Source: a virus | Length of the DNA: 35,388 bases | Reading direction: 5' to 3' (one strand) | Virus record (IMG/VR): IMGVR_UViG_3300017755_000030 | Shown: piece by piece, positions 1 through 6,584 of the stretch | How positions within the stretch are numbered: the stretch's first letter is position 1 | Layout: every line of letters begins with the position of its first letter | Translations under genes and position numbers: made by a program | Notes under the pieces: generated by a model | What the model was told of the DNA's origin: nothing | The model's database searches: none | Seen by the model: the letters and a program-made list of their open reading frames with translations, nothing else

Positions 1-76
1 GATGCGCGTCTGGCCGTCACGCTTCCCCGACGAGGATAGCGCCAAGCCGTATGCCCGCAACGGCGCTAAGCTGGCC
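1..76. repeat. Terminal duplication: bases 1-76 are identical to 35313-35388 (circular-assembly overlap or terminal redundancy)
   Basis: Direct reading: GATGCGCGTCTGGCCGTCACGCTTCCCCGACGAGG... occurs at both window ends. The frame of the ORF starting at 35113 continues into ORF 2..415. Confidence 0.9.
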
Positions 77-415
77 AGCAAGGTGTATGTCGGGCGTATG
101 GGCAATGAGACGCCGGAAGACGCCGCCAACTTTATCGGGCGCGGGTTCCTACAGCTTACCGGCAAGGACAACTATAAATCGTTTGCGCATGACATGCGTT
201 TGCCGGAAGTGCTGACAGATCCATCGCTGGTCGAGGAAGATTACGCGTTTGAGACAGCCATGTGGTTCTTCGATAAAAACGGTTTGTTCAATATCGCTGC
301 AGGCGGCGTAAATGACGAAACGATCAAGCTTATCACCAAGCGCGTCAACGGCGGCTATCATGGTCTGGATGATCGGGCCGAGCGCACACGCCAAGCATTT
401 AACTGGCTAACCTAG
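2..415 (+). CDS. Endolysin, C-terminal part (glycoside hydrolase family 19 / chitinase-like muramidase domain). Same gene as 35113..35388 across the circular junction.
   Basis: GH19-type motifs FIGRGFLQLTGKDNY and NGGYHGLDDR. Follows two holin-like genes once the genome is circularised. Confidence 0.85.
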   Translation: MRVWPSRFPDEDSAKPYARNGAKLASKVYVGRMGNETPEDAANFIGRGFLQLTGKDNYKSFAHDMRLPEVLTDPSLVEEDYAFETAMWFFDKNGLFNIAAGGVNDETIKLITKRVNGGYHGLDDRAERTRQAFNWLT

Positions 416-769
416 CATAGCCTCAATGCTGTCATCCATGGCCTGCCGCGTAAAATCGGCAGGCTTTATGCGTACTGTTTTGCCACTTGGCGCGGTGCGC
501 AGTATAAACAATCGTATATCCAGAGCCACATACGCAAATATGTGCGCATCGCCGTTTGCGCGTGTGAACATGTAGCACGGTTTTCGCTTACGATCACCGC
601 GTGGCTCAAGGGTCGCCTTTACCTGCATCGTCAACAGCTCACCGCTGGCCGACTTAACCCAAAGGTCATCGTCCTGCATATCTACCCGATGGCAGCGTAT
701 CCCGCGCTGCTCAAGTTCGGCGGCGACGAGAAACTCGCCGGCACGTCCGACGTTGATGCTGTTGGCCAC
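407..769 (-). CDS. PD-(D/E)xK-fold (Hjc/endonuclease-like) protein, function unknown
   Basis: 120-aa ORF with N-terminal GRAGEFLVAAELEQRG, then DDDLWV ... MQVK, resembling a D...(E/Q)xK nuclease core. GTG start with no clear SD. Its 3' end overlaps the convergent endolysin gene by 9 nt. Confidence 0.55.
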   Translation of the reverse strand: MANSINVGRAGEFLVAAELEQRGIRCHRVDMQDDDLWVKSASGELLTMQVKATLEPRGDRKRKPCYMFTRANGDAHIFAYVALDIRLFILRTAPSGKTVRIKPADFTRQAMDDSIEAMLG

Positions 770-801
770 AGCCGGAATATACTATAAATATCATAATGTT
801 A

Positions 802-1308
802 CTACGGGCAAAGTTGCTCGCACTTATATGACCGCCAAAGCTCCTCAACGCCCCATAGCTGATCTTGCGGCATAACAAAGCATTTTCCCTTACCTAAATC
901 AGTTTGAATTGCTTTTTCGACAAATGCCTTACGTGATATGCAGCCAGCAACATCCATCACATTTTCGTCATCTGTCTTTGTCACAAGCACGGCGGCGCGT
1001 GACTTAAATGCTTCAAGAGATTTAAACAGAAGCTGGCCTGTCGGGTAGAACGTAGACTTAACGTCTATGCTTATTTCGCCAAGCCATAGATCAACGCCGT
1101 CATCCACGCCCAGCGTGTTGGGGTTATATGAAACGTCATAAAGCTTGGCGACAGCAACCTCTGAGCGTATGCCAAGGAAATCCAGATCAACGCCGCTGCG
1201 CACATCGCGCTGCTGATTTACAATGCCACCGGCCCGCGCAAGTGTTGAGCGCAAATTAGCGCTTTGGCGGCAATCAGCCATATCCTTATCTGTGAGCTTA
1301 ATTAGCAT
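802..1308 (-). CDS. Phage protein with a restriction-endonuclease-like (PD-(D/E)xK) motif, function unknown
   Basis: 168-aa ORF. GIRSEVAVAKLY ... DDGVDLWLGEISIDVKS resembles a G..E / D...DxK nuclease core. TAATG start/stop coupling with the upstream gene. Confidence 0.6.
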   Translation of the reverse strand: MLIKLTDKDMADCRQSANLRSTLARAGGIVNQQRDVRSGVDLDFLGIRSEVAVAKLYDVSYNPNTLGVDDGVDLWLGEISIDVKSTFYPTGQLLFKSLEAFKSRAAVLVTKTDDENVMDVAGCISRKAFVEKAIQTDLGKGKCFVMPQDQLWGVEELWRSYKCEQLCP

Positions 1309-1640
1309 TATAGCGCAAACTCTTTCTGAGTGCGCAGGCGGTACAGTTGCTGGCCCTCGATAAACGACGTCTTCACGATTGTGCGCCGCTCCCGCATGGT
1401 TTTTAAGCCAATGTCGATATGCACGGCGTCTTGCTCAATCATGCTGCACAAGTCGCCCACAGACAGCTCGTCATGCCTGCTCAGGCAGCGCTTGATCTCT
1501 TTGCGCAGCTTTTCAAGCGGCCACGGCTTATACGCATATGCGTGCATAACATCGCGCCCAATGAGCCTGCGCTTCATGCGCGCGTTCTCGATAATCGCCA
1601 ATTCTTTCCAGCGCTCCAGCGGTGTTAGGTTCTCCGTCAT
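1308..1640 (-). CDS. Hypothetical early protein (110 aa from MTENL...)
   Basis: ORF-track ORF 1308..1664 trimmed to the ATG at 1640, which forms an ATGA overlap with the upstream stop. Confidence 0.6.
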   Translation of the reverse strand: MTENLTPLERWKELAIIENARMKRRLIGRDVMHAYAYKPWPLEKLRKEIKRCLSRHDELSVGDLCSMIEQDAVHIDIGLKTMRERRTIVKTSFIEGQQLYRLRTQKEFAL

Positions 1641-1867
1641 AGCCGCCGCTCCAGCATATCGCACAGCGAAATGATTTCCTCGGCGCGCTGCTTCATTGTG
1701 CGGCGCTCCGGCTTGCGCGCAGCGTCCATGCGCATGATGTCTGCCTTGCGCCTGATCGACATAATAATCATCTGCGGCGTTGGCTGCGTCGGCGCGCTGC
1801 TATCCTCGTCGATATGCGCGCCAACGCTGGCGCTGTTTTCCAGCTTTGATAAATCCCATTTAGCCAT
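1637..1867 (-). CDS. Hypothetical early protein (76 aa from MAKWDL...)
   Basis: ORF 1637..1963 trimmed to the ATG at 1867, which is preceded by GGAGAA. Confidence 0.55.
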   Translation of the reverse strand: MAKWDLSKLENSASVGAHIDEDSSAPTQPTPQMIIMSIRRKADIMRMDAARKPERRTMKQRAEEIISLCDMLERRL

Positions 1868-2060
1868 TTTCGTTCTCCTGTGTTGGCCGTGGCTGTGGTC
1901 TGACGTCGGGCCACGGGCGGCGGTAGTCTGCCTCGCCGCCCATCTCAACGCATTGCGGCTCAAAGATCCGCGCTAAGTCGTAGTATTTCGCAAACGCTTT
2001 GCACTCGTCCGGCGACGAGAATATCACGAATGCCATGAAGACGGGTTCAGCTAGGGTCAT
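1860..2060 (-). CDS. Hypothetical early protein (66 aa from MTLAEP...)
   Basis: ATG at 2060 preceded by AGGAGG. ATGA overlap with the GIY-YIG gene stop. Confidence 0.55.
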   Translation of the reverse strand: MTLAEPVFMAFVIFSSPDECKAFAKYYDLARIFEPQCVEMGGEADYRRPWPDVRPQPRPTQENENG

Positions 2061-2653
2061 TGCGCTGCGCCTCCTGTGATCCACTTCAAGTGCGGGCAAG
2101 CGTAATCATCGCACCCATCTAAAAGCTCGCCCTGCACAAATTTAGCGCCGCATATCCTTTCAAATCTTCCGCTTGGGGTTTGACCTAATGCGATCAACTC
2201 TTCTTCAATCAAAGACAGGCAATCCTTAGCATCACAATCATAATTTGCAGCGTCAGGGTTTTCGTCTACTTCTTTGCACAAAAAAGAATTTACATTAATC
2301 CCAGTTTTTTTTGACATCTCCAGCGCACAAACTTTTACGGGAGCATCATGGGTTTCAATCATAAAAAGAAGCTTTTTTCTGGCTTTCCATAAATGCGATA
2401 AATCATATACCACTGGTCGGTTATGGATGACATTATATTTTGGCCGTTTTGATTTTATAAAGCTCTTTTCAATTTCTAAAGCCTCCACCCTTGTGTCGAA
2501 CCAATCAATTTCAATTTTCTTCACCTTCTTGAACCAATGCTTATCTATGGAATGCTGCGTGGTTCTAAACGCAGGGTTGTTTGAAATACCTATATACAAT
2601 ATTTCTCCATCACCTGATTTGTGTGTGTACACGGCGGTCGCATCATCAATCAT
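2057..2653 (-). CDS. GIY-YIG domain nuclease (free-standing, homing-endonuclease-like) with a Cys-rich C-terminal region
   Basis: VYTHKSGDGEILYIGISNNPAFRTTQH ... EALEIEKSFIKSKRPKYNV matches the GIY-YIG / R / E / N motif order. Start placed at the ATG at 2653 (GGAGC 7 nt upstream). The ATG at 2674 is an alternative. The region is visibly AT-richer than its flanks. Confidence 0.75.
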   Translation of the reverse strand: MIDDATAVYTHKSGDGEILYIGISNNPAFRTTQHSIDKHWFKKVKKIEIDWFDTRVEALEIEKSFIKSKRPKYNVIHNRPVVYDLSHLWKARKKLLFMIETHDAPVKVCALEMSKKTGINVNSFLCKEVDENPDAANYDCDAKDCLSLIEEELIALGQTPSGRFERICGAKFVQGELLDGCDDYACPHLKWITGGAAQ

Positions 2654-2969
2654 TAAATTGCTCCAATTTTTCATCTATAGCCCGACGCAATTTAATTAAA
2701 TGAAACTTATTGCTATCTTGAATAATCGAGCAGATGAGGTTGTGAACAACTCTGCCCGTCAGCTCGACAACGCAATTTTCTCCGTTGTAAACTGATATAA
2801 ACATTTCGTCTGCTAAGGGGTTGCTTGGCTGGTAAAATTTAGCCCCCTGCCACACGTTTCGCTTCCCTCGAAACGTGTGCCATTCGCCACCGTCCTTATC
2901 TCTCAAAACAGAAACACTTGCCGTTGATTTGTTGCCGTTCTCAAATGGCGAATACAAGTTTATAGTCAT
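2646..2969 (-). CDS. Hypothetical protein (107 aa from MTINLYSPF...)
   Basis: ORF 2646..3194 trimmed to the ATG at 2969. The long upstream extension overlaps two better-supported micro-ORFs. AT-rich like the GIY-YIG gene. Confidence 0.6.
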   Translation of the reverse strand: MTINLYSPFENGNKSTASVSVLRDKDGGEWHTFRGKRNVWQGAKFYQPSNPLADEMFISVYNGENCVVELTGRVVHNLICSIIQDSNKFHLIKLRRAIDEKLEQFND

Positions 2970-3061
2970 CACATCCACCCCATGCTTACAGCGCCGATCC
3001 AGCCCAGCACCGACGCAGCAATCGCTGCGGCGATGATGACGTCTTGCGTCAACTTGGTCAT
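2969..3061 (-). CDS. Micro-ORF, 30 aa, single predicted transmembrane helix (MTKLTQDVIIAAAIAASVLGWIGAVSMGWM)
   Basis: Hand translation. TGATG overlaps at both ends link it to the neighbouring genes. Below the ORF-track length cut-off. Confidence 0.4.
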   Translation of the reverse strand: MTKLTQDVIIAAAIAASVLGWIGAVSMGWM

Positions 3062-3210
3062 CACTCTTCCTCCTCTTCATTGCGCCAGTCGAAGTCATCT
3101 TCGTCTTGGCATTCTGGGCAGCGCACCGTTGTCCACGCATCGCTGTCCGGCGTGTTGACGAAACTCGGCAGATCGATGAAGCCGGTTCCGTCACAAGTCG
3201 TGCAGATCAT
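3061..3210 (-). CDS. Micro-ORF, 49 aa, CxxC...CxxC zinc-ribbon protein with an acidic tail (MICTTCDGTGFIDL...RCPECQDEDDFDWRNEEEEE)
   Basis: Hand translation. DnaJ-like CxxCxGxG plus a second CxxC. ATGA overlap with the upstream gene and TGATG overlap with the downstream micro-ORF. Confidence 0.5.
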   Translation of the reverse strand: MICTTCDGTGFIDLPSFVNTPDSDAWTTVRCPECQDEDDFDWRNEEEEE

Positions 3211-3749
3211 TTGTAAACATCCGCGTTAATGCTCCACAGCACTAAGGTTGCGCGCTGCTGTCCTGCACGCTGGTTTACGTGCGCTCGGCATATCTCGCCG
3301 CGTGAGTGCATGTTTTCCAGGTGCTGTGACAGCTTGCGCGGCTCAACGCCAACGACTTCGGCGATGTCTGCCGTTTCGCAGTAGGTGACGTCATCGCTCT
3401 GCAGCATCGAAAGGATCTTCCGCTGGACGTCAGCCCAATCAATCGGCTTAGGCTCCTCGGTGGGCGCTTGTACGGCCTCTGCTGGCACTTCATTCGCCGT
3501 ACCCAGAACGTCACGCGCAGCGCGGCGCTCCTGAACGTAGGCGGCAACCCACGGCGTGCGATGGCGCTGATCCTCGACGGAGTTTTGCACGATAATACCG
3601 ATGCAGATGTCATCAAGGTTTGCGTGGGCTTGTTGCAATAAACGCGGCGAAATATGCACGCTTTCACCGTTGTCAGTGCGCACACCAAACCCTGTGCCAG
3701 TGTCGGTGATGTGCGTAATCAAAAATTCATGTGTATGCGTCAAGTTCAT
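3207..3749 (-). CDS. First gene of the leftward operon. Hypothetical protein with a possible C-terminal winged-helix DNA-binding domain.
   Basis: 180-aa ORF with GGAGA RBS. The C-terminal segment ADIAEVVGVEPRKLSQHLENMHSRGEI resembles a wHTH. Confidence 0.7.
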   Translation of the reverse strand: MNLTHTHEFLITHITDTGTGFGVRTDNGESVHISPRLLQQAHANLDDICIGIIVQNSVEDQRHRTPWVAAYVQERRAARDVLGTANEVPAEAVQAPTEEPKPIDWADVQRKILSMLQSDDVTYCETADIAEVVGVEPRKLSQHLENMHSRGEICRAHVNQRAGQQRATLVLWSINADVYK

Positions 3750-3911
3750 TTTGGTTTCTCCTATTGAGATTAATTGTTCATTACTTGTTCGTAACCTGAC
3801 TATAATTTATCTAAAAGATAGCTGTCAACAATTAATTTATATCTGAGTGCTATTGACACGATATATATTTATCTGTAGCTGTTGCAATTGAGCTACAGAA
3901 GGAGAATGAAA
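3750..3911. promoter_or_regulatory. Divergent early promoter/operator region
   Basis: AT-rich. Leftward TTGACA (complement of 3823-3828), N18, TATAGT (complement of 3799-3804). Rightward TTGACA at 3853-3858 with a poor -10. A separate TATAAT at 3801-3806. Inverted 10-mers ATTAATTGTT (3769-3778) and AACAATTAAT (3827-3836). Hairpin/palindrome CTGTAGCT-N10-AGCTACAG (3873-3898) abuts the RBS of the RHH gene. Confidence 0.55.
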
Positions 3912-4076
3912 ATGGAGCTTCAACAGTTATTGGTTCGCGTGCGGCCAGAGGTGATTGCGGGATTGGACTTGTATAAAGACAAGACGCGTATGACGAAGGC
4001 GGCAACAGTAGAAATGGCGTTGCGTGACTTCTTAGCGAAGCACGATATTGTAGTTGAGCAACCTTTAACTGAATAA
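3912..4076 (+). CDS. Ribbon-helix-helix (CopG/Arc-like) DNA-binding protein, likely an early transcriptional regulator
   Basis: LLVRVRPEVIAGL (beta strand) followed by KAATVEMALRDFLAKH (helices). GGAG lies 7 nt upstream of the ATG at 3912. The ATG at 3906 is an alternative start. Confidence 0.65.
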   Translation: MELQQLLVRVRPEVIAGLDLYKDKTRMTKAATVEMALRDFLAKHDIVVEQPLTE

Positions 4077-4086
4077 GGACTCAACT

Positions 4087-4545
4087 ATGAACGACCCCGT
4101 AACCATTGGCATAGACTGCGGATATCGCACTGGCGGCGTGGCAATCATCACAGACACTTGGTCTGAGGTGCATGACTTGCCGGTGTATAGCGAGGGCGGC
4201 GTAGACGTCGTGGCGCTAAACGATATTATAATGAGCTGCGATGCTGTCGATCACATATGGATTGAGCGGCAACAAGCAATGCCAAAGCAGGGCGTCAGCT
4301 CGACGTTCAAGCTGGGGTATGCGTTTGGTCAGATCACATCTACTGTTGCGCTTTCTCGATCAAGGTTTACGCTGGTGGGTCCGGTCAATTGGAAGCGTGC
4401 GCTTAATTTGCCAAAAGACAAAGACGCAGCAAGACGTCTGGCGCAACAATGGTTTCCTGATCGGGCGTCGGAATTAAAATTAAAAAAGCATGAGCATCGC
4501 GCCGAGGCGCTGCTGATTGCATTATATGGAAGGGGAAGGGCGTAA
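4087..4545 (+). CDS. RuvC-like Holliday junction resolvase
   Basis: N-terminal IGIDCGYRTGGVAII, WIERQQ, and C-terminal HEHRAEALLIA fit the RuvC/RNase H-fold acidic residue order. Confidence 0.65.
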   Translation: MNDPVTIGIDCGYRTGGVAIITDTWSEVHDLPVYSEGGVDVVALNDIIMSCDAVDHIWIERQQAMPKQGVSSTFKLGYAFGQITSTVALSRSRFTLVGPVNWKRALNLPKDKDAARRLAQQWFPDRASELKLKKHEHRAEALLIALYGRGRA

Positions 4546-5009
4546 TGTCAGATTTTTTAAGCGATATTGTTTTGGAAAGATTGCAGCGCAGGGCGGTGCG
4601 GCATGGATTTCCTGAAGAAATATTTAAGATGGGCGAGTTGGATGAAGACTTAGATAAGTTTTTGGATAACTTTATCGGCAGTCGTAGCGAAAACGGTGTT
4701 AGGGTAAGGCTAAAAAATTCTCTTCTAAATTATGTGGAATGGAAGAAGCCATTTGCGGCGACCCTATTTTCTATAACTGATCATCAGCTAAAAGAAGCGC
4801 CTAACGTCGGGAAGGTGACAATAGAGCTGTTTCATAAAAGAAAACGGGAAATCTTTGGTAGCCGAGTTTATAAGCAAGACACCATAATTCAGTATGAAGA
4901 AAAACTTGAGAAGTTTTTGCATCAAATTGATTGCAGCTTAGGAAAAGAGGTTTCAAACAAATTACTGCAAGTCATCTTAGACGAACGTAAGCGAGGTATG
5001 GTGGAATAA
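4545..5009 (+). CDS. Hypothetical protein, possible helix-hairpin-helix element (LKEAPNVGKVTIELF)
   Basis: 154-aa ORF with ATGT/TAATG coupling on both sides. AT-richer than its neighbours. Confidence 0.6.
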   Translation: MSDFLSDIVLERLQRRAVRHGFPEEIFKMGELDEDLDKFLDNFIGSRSENGVRVRLKNSLLNYVEWKKPFAATLFSITDHQLKEAPNVGKVTIELFHKRKREIFGSRVYKQDTIIQYEEKLEKFLHQIDCSLGKEVSNKLLQVILDERKRGMVE

Positions 5010-5800
5010 TGGTTATGCGCAAAAACATGTCGAACGAGGCATATCATTTTGAACCGGCAATATCATCATCTGACGTAAAGACGGTTAGCAGCAAATCGCT
5101 GGCGCATTGGAAGGGTCAGGAGCGTAAAGAAAGCGTCGCATTTGATCTTGGCACGGCAGTCCATGCGCATTTGCTGGAGCCAGAAAAAAGCCTAGTCAGA
5201 TGCGGGCCAGAGACAAGGCGCGGCAAGGAATGGAAGCAAGCAAAAGAAGACGCTGATAAAGCTGGCGCTGTGCTTTTGCCGGAAGCCGAATACAAGCAAA
5301 GCATAGATATGGCGCAGTCCGTATTGCAGCACAGCGTTGCGCATCATTTGCTGACGCATTCTGATCTAATTGCAGAAGCGTCGTTCTTCGTGACAGATCC
5401 AGATTTAGATTTGCCGCTCAAAACACGCCCAGATGGTCTATTGGTCAAGCAGGGCATAGCGATAGATATAAAGACATGCGTTGATGCATCGCCAAAAGGA
5501 TTCGATAGATCGCTCAGAAATTTTGGCTACGATTTGCAGAGTTCATTTTATTTGCATTGCCTTAATTTAGAAGGATTACGCATAAAGCAGTTCATGTTTA
5601 TTTGCGTTGAAAAGGAAAAGCCATACGCCGTATGCGTTCACGAAATGAGCGAAATGTATCTGCGGCACGCGCATAATCGCATGATGGAAACGCTCTACAC
5701 CATCAAGCATGCGACAGATAACGAGGAATATGACACCGGCTGGGATGAAATAAACACCATTCACTTGCCGGACTGGATGAACGCGTCAGGCGCGTTCTAA
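5009..5800 (+). CDS. PD-(D/E)xK exonuclease of the RecB/Cas4/lambda-Exo type (DUF3799-like)
   Basis: RPDGLLVKQGIAIDIKT (D...DxK) followed by YDLQSSFYLH (QxxxY motif). Confidence 0.7.
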   Translation: MVMRKNMSNEAYHFEPAISSSDVKTVSSKSLAHWKGQERKESVAFDLGTAVHAHLLEPEKSLVRCGPETRRGKEWKQAKEDADKAGAVLLPEAEYKQSIDMAQSVLQHSVAHHLLTHSDLIAEASFFVTDPDLDLPLKTRPDGLLVKQGIAIDIKTCVDASPKGFDRSLRNFGYDLQSSFYLHCLNLEGLRIKQFMFICVEKEKPYAVCVHEMSEMYLRHAHNRMMETLYTIKHATDNEEYDTGWDEINTIHLPDWMNASGAF

Positions 5801-5858
5801 CAAATGTTACAACAGATCCCAGCGTGGGGGTGCCACGCAAACAACCAAGGAGTTGCAC

Positions 5859-6509
5859 ATGCAACATATTATCAGTAACGCCGTTGCGCGTTATCCTCGA
5901 CTAAACGGCACATATAAATTCGACAGCGGCGAAATGCGATCCGTGAAGTGCGATGCATTAGACGATGGGGCCGCCTATGATATGTCATTTATTATGACGC
6001 CAGATCAGGCAAAGCAGCTACATTCGCTCTGCATGGAAGCGTATAATAACGCCGCGTCGATGGACAGCAAAAAGAAATGGCCGGAAAAGCCGTCAAACCT
6101 GCCATATAAAAAAGGCGATGATGGCGAAATAATCGGCAAGGCAAAACTAAAAGGCGCGTATGGCATGGAAAAGACTAGCCCGCCGCGTCAGGTAGATGCC
6201 CAGCGCAATAAGCTGCCGGATGACTTTATGCTGACGTCAGGCAGCAAGGTAAACGTGGCCGTAACGCTTGTGCCGTATAACACTGGGTCGATTAACGGCA
6301 TCAGCTTGAGATTGCGTGCTGTTCAGGTGCTTGAGCTTGCCGAGCTTCAACATGGCGCTGATCCATTCGATGCTGTGAGCGGGGGCTACACAGCCGCAGC
6401 AAGCCCAGCGGTAGATGATCCGTTTGCATTGCCGCCAGCAAGCCCTGCGCCTGCCACGGCAGCGCCCCAATCGGCGTCGGATTCATTCGATGATGAAATA
6501 CCCTTTTAG
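5859..6509 (+). CDS. Single-stranded DNA-binding protein (T7 gp2.5-like / DUF2815-like)
   Basis: C-terminus SFDDEIPF is the classic acidic SSB tail. Sits in the replication module. AAGGAG RBS before the ATG at 5859. Confidence 0.65.
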   Translation: MQHIISNAVARYPRLNGTYKFDSGEMRSVKCDALDDGAAYDMSFIMTPDQAKQLHSLCMEAYNNAASMDSKKKWPEKPSNLPYKKGDDGEIIGKAKLKGAYGMEKTSPPRQVDAQRNKLPDDFMLTSGSKVNVAVTLVPYNTGSINGISLRLRAVQVLELAELQHGADPFDAVSGGYTAAASPAVDDPFALPPASPAPATAAPQSASDSFDDEIPF

Positions 6510-6520
6510 CATATAAAAAA

Positions 6521-6558
6521 GCCCCGCCCGAACAGTGCGAAACCTAATCGGGCGGGGC
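6521..6558. terminator. GC-rich hairpin (11-bp arms GCCCCGCCCGA / TCGGGCGGGGC, 16-nt loop). The U-tract is present only for the minus-strand orientation.
   Basis: Direct reading. AAAAAA lies immediately 5' on the plus strand, so it reads TTTTTT after the stem on the minus strand. There is no T-run 3' on the plus strand. Confidence 0.5.
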
Positions 6559-6584
6559 AACCAGAAGCAGAGGTATGCACGATT

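Noticed and set aside
2970-3194. The long N-terminal extension of ORF 2646..3194 (182 aa). Similar extensions occur for 10434..11351, 1637..1963, 1860..2099 and 28557..30692.
   Set aside because: The extensions are Arg/Cys-rich or low-complexity and lack an RBS. They overlap better-supported coupled ORFs or regulatory DNA. Internal ATGs with good SD sequences or stop-start overlaps give more plausible starts.
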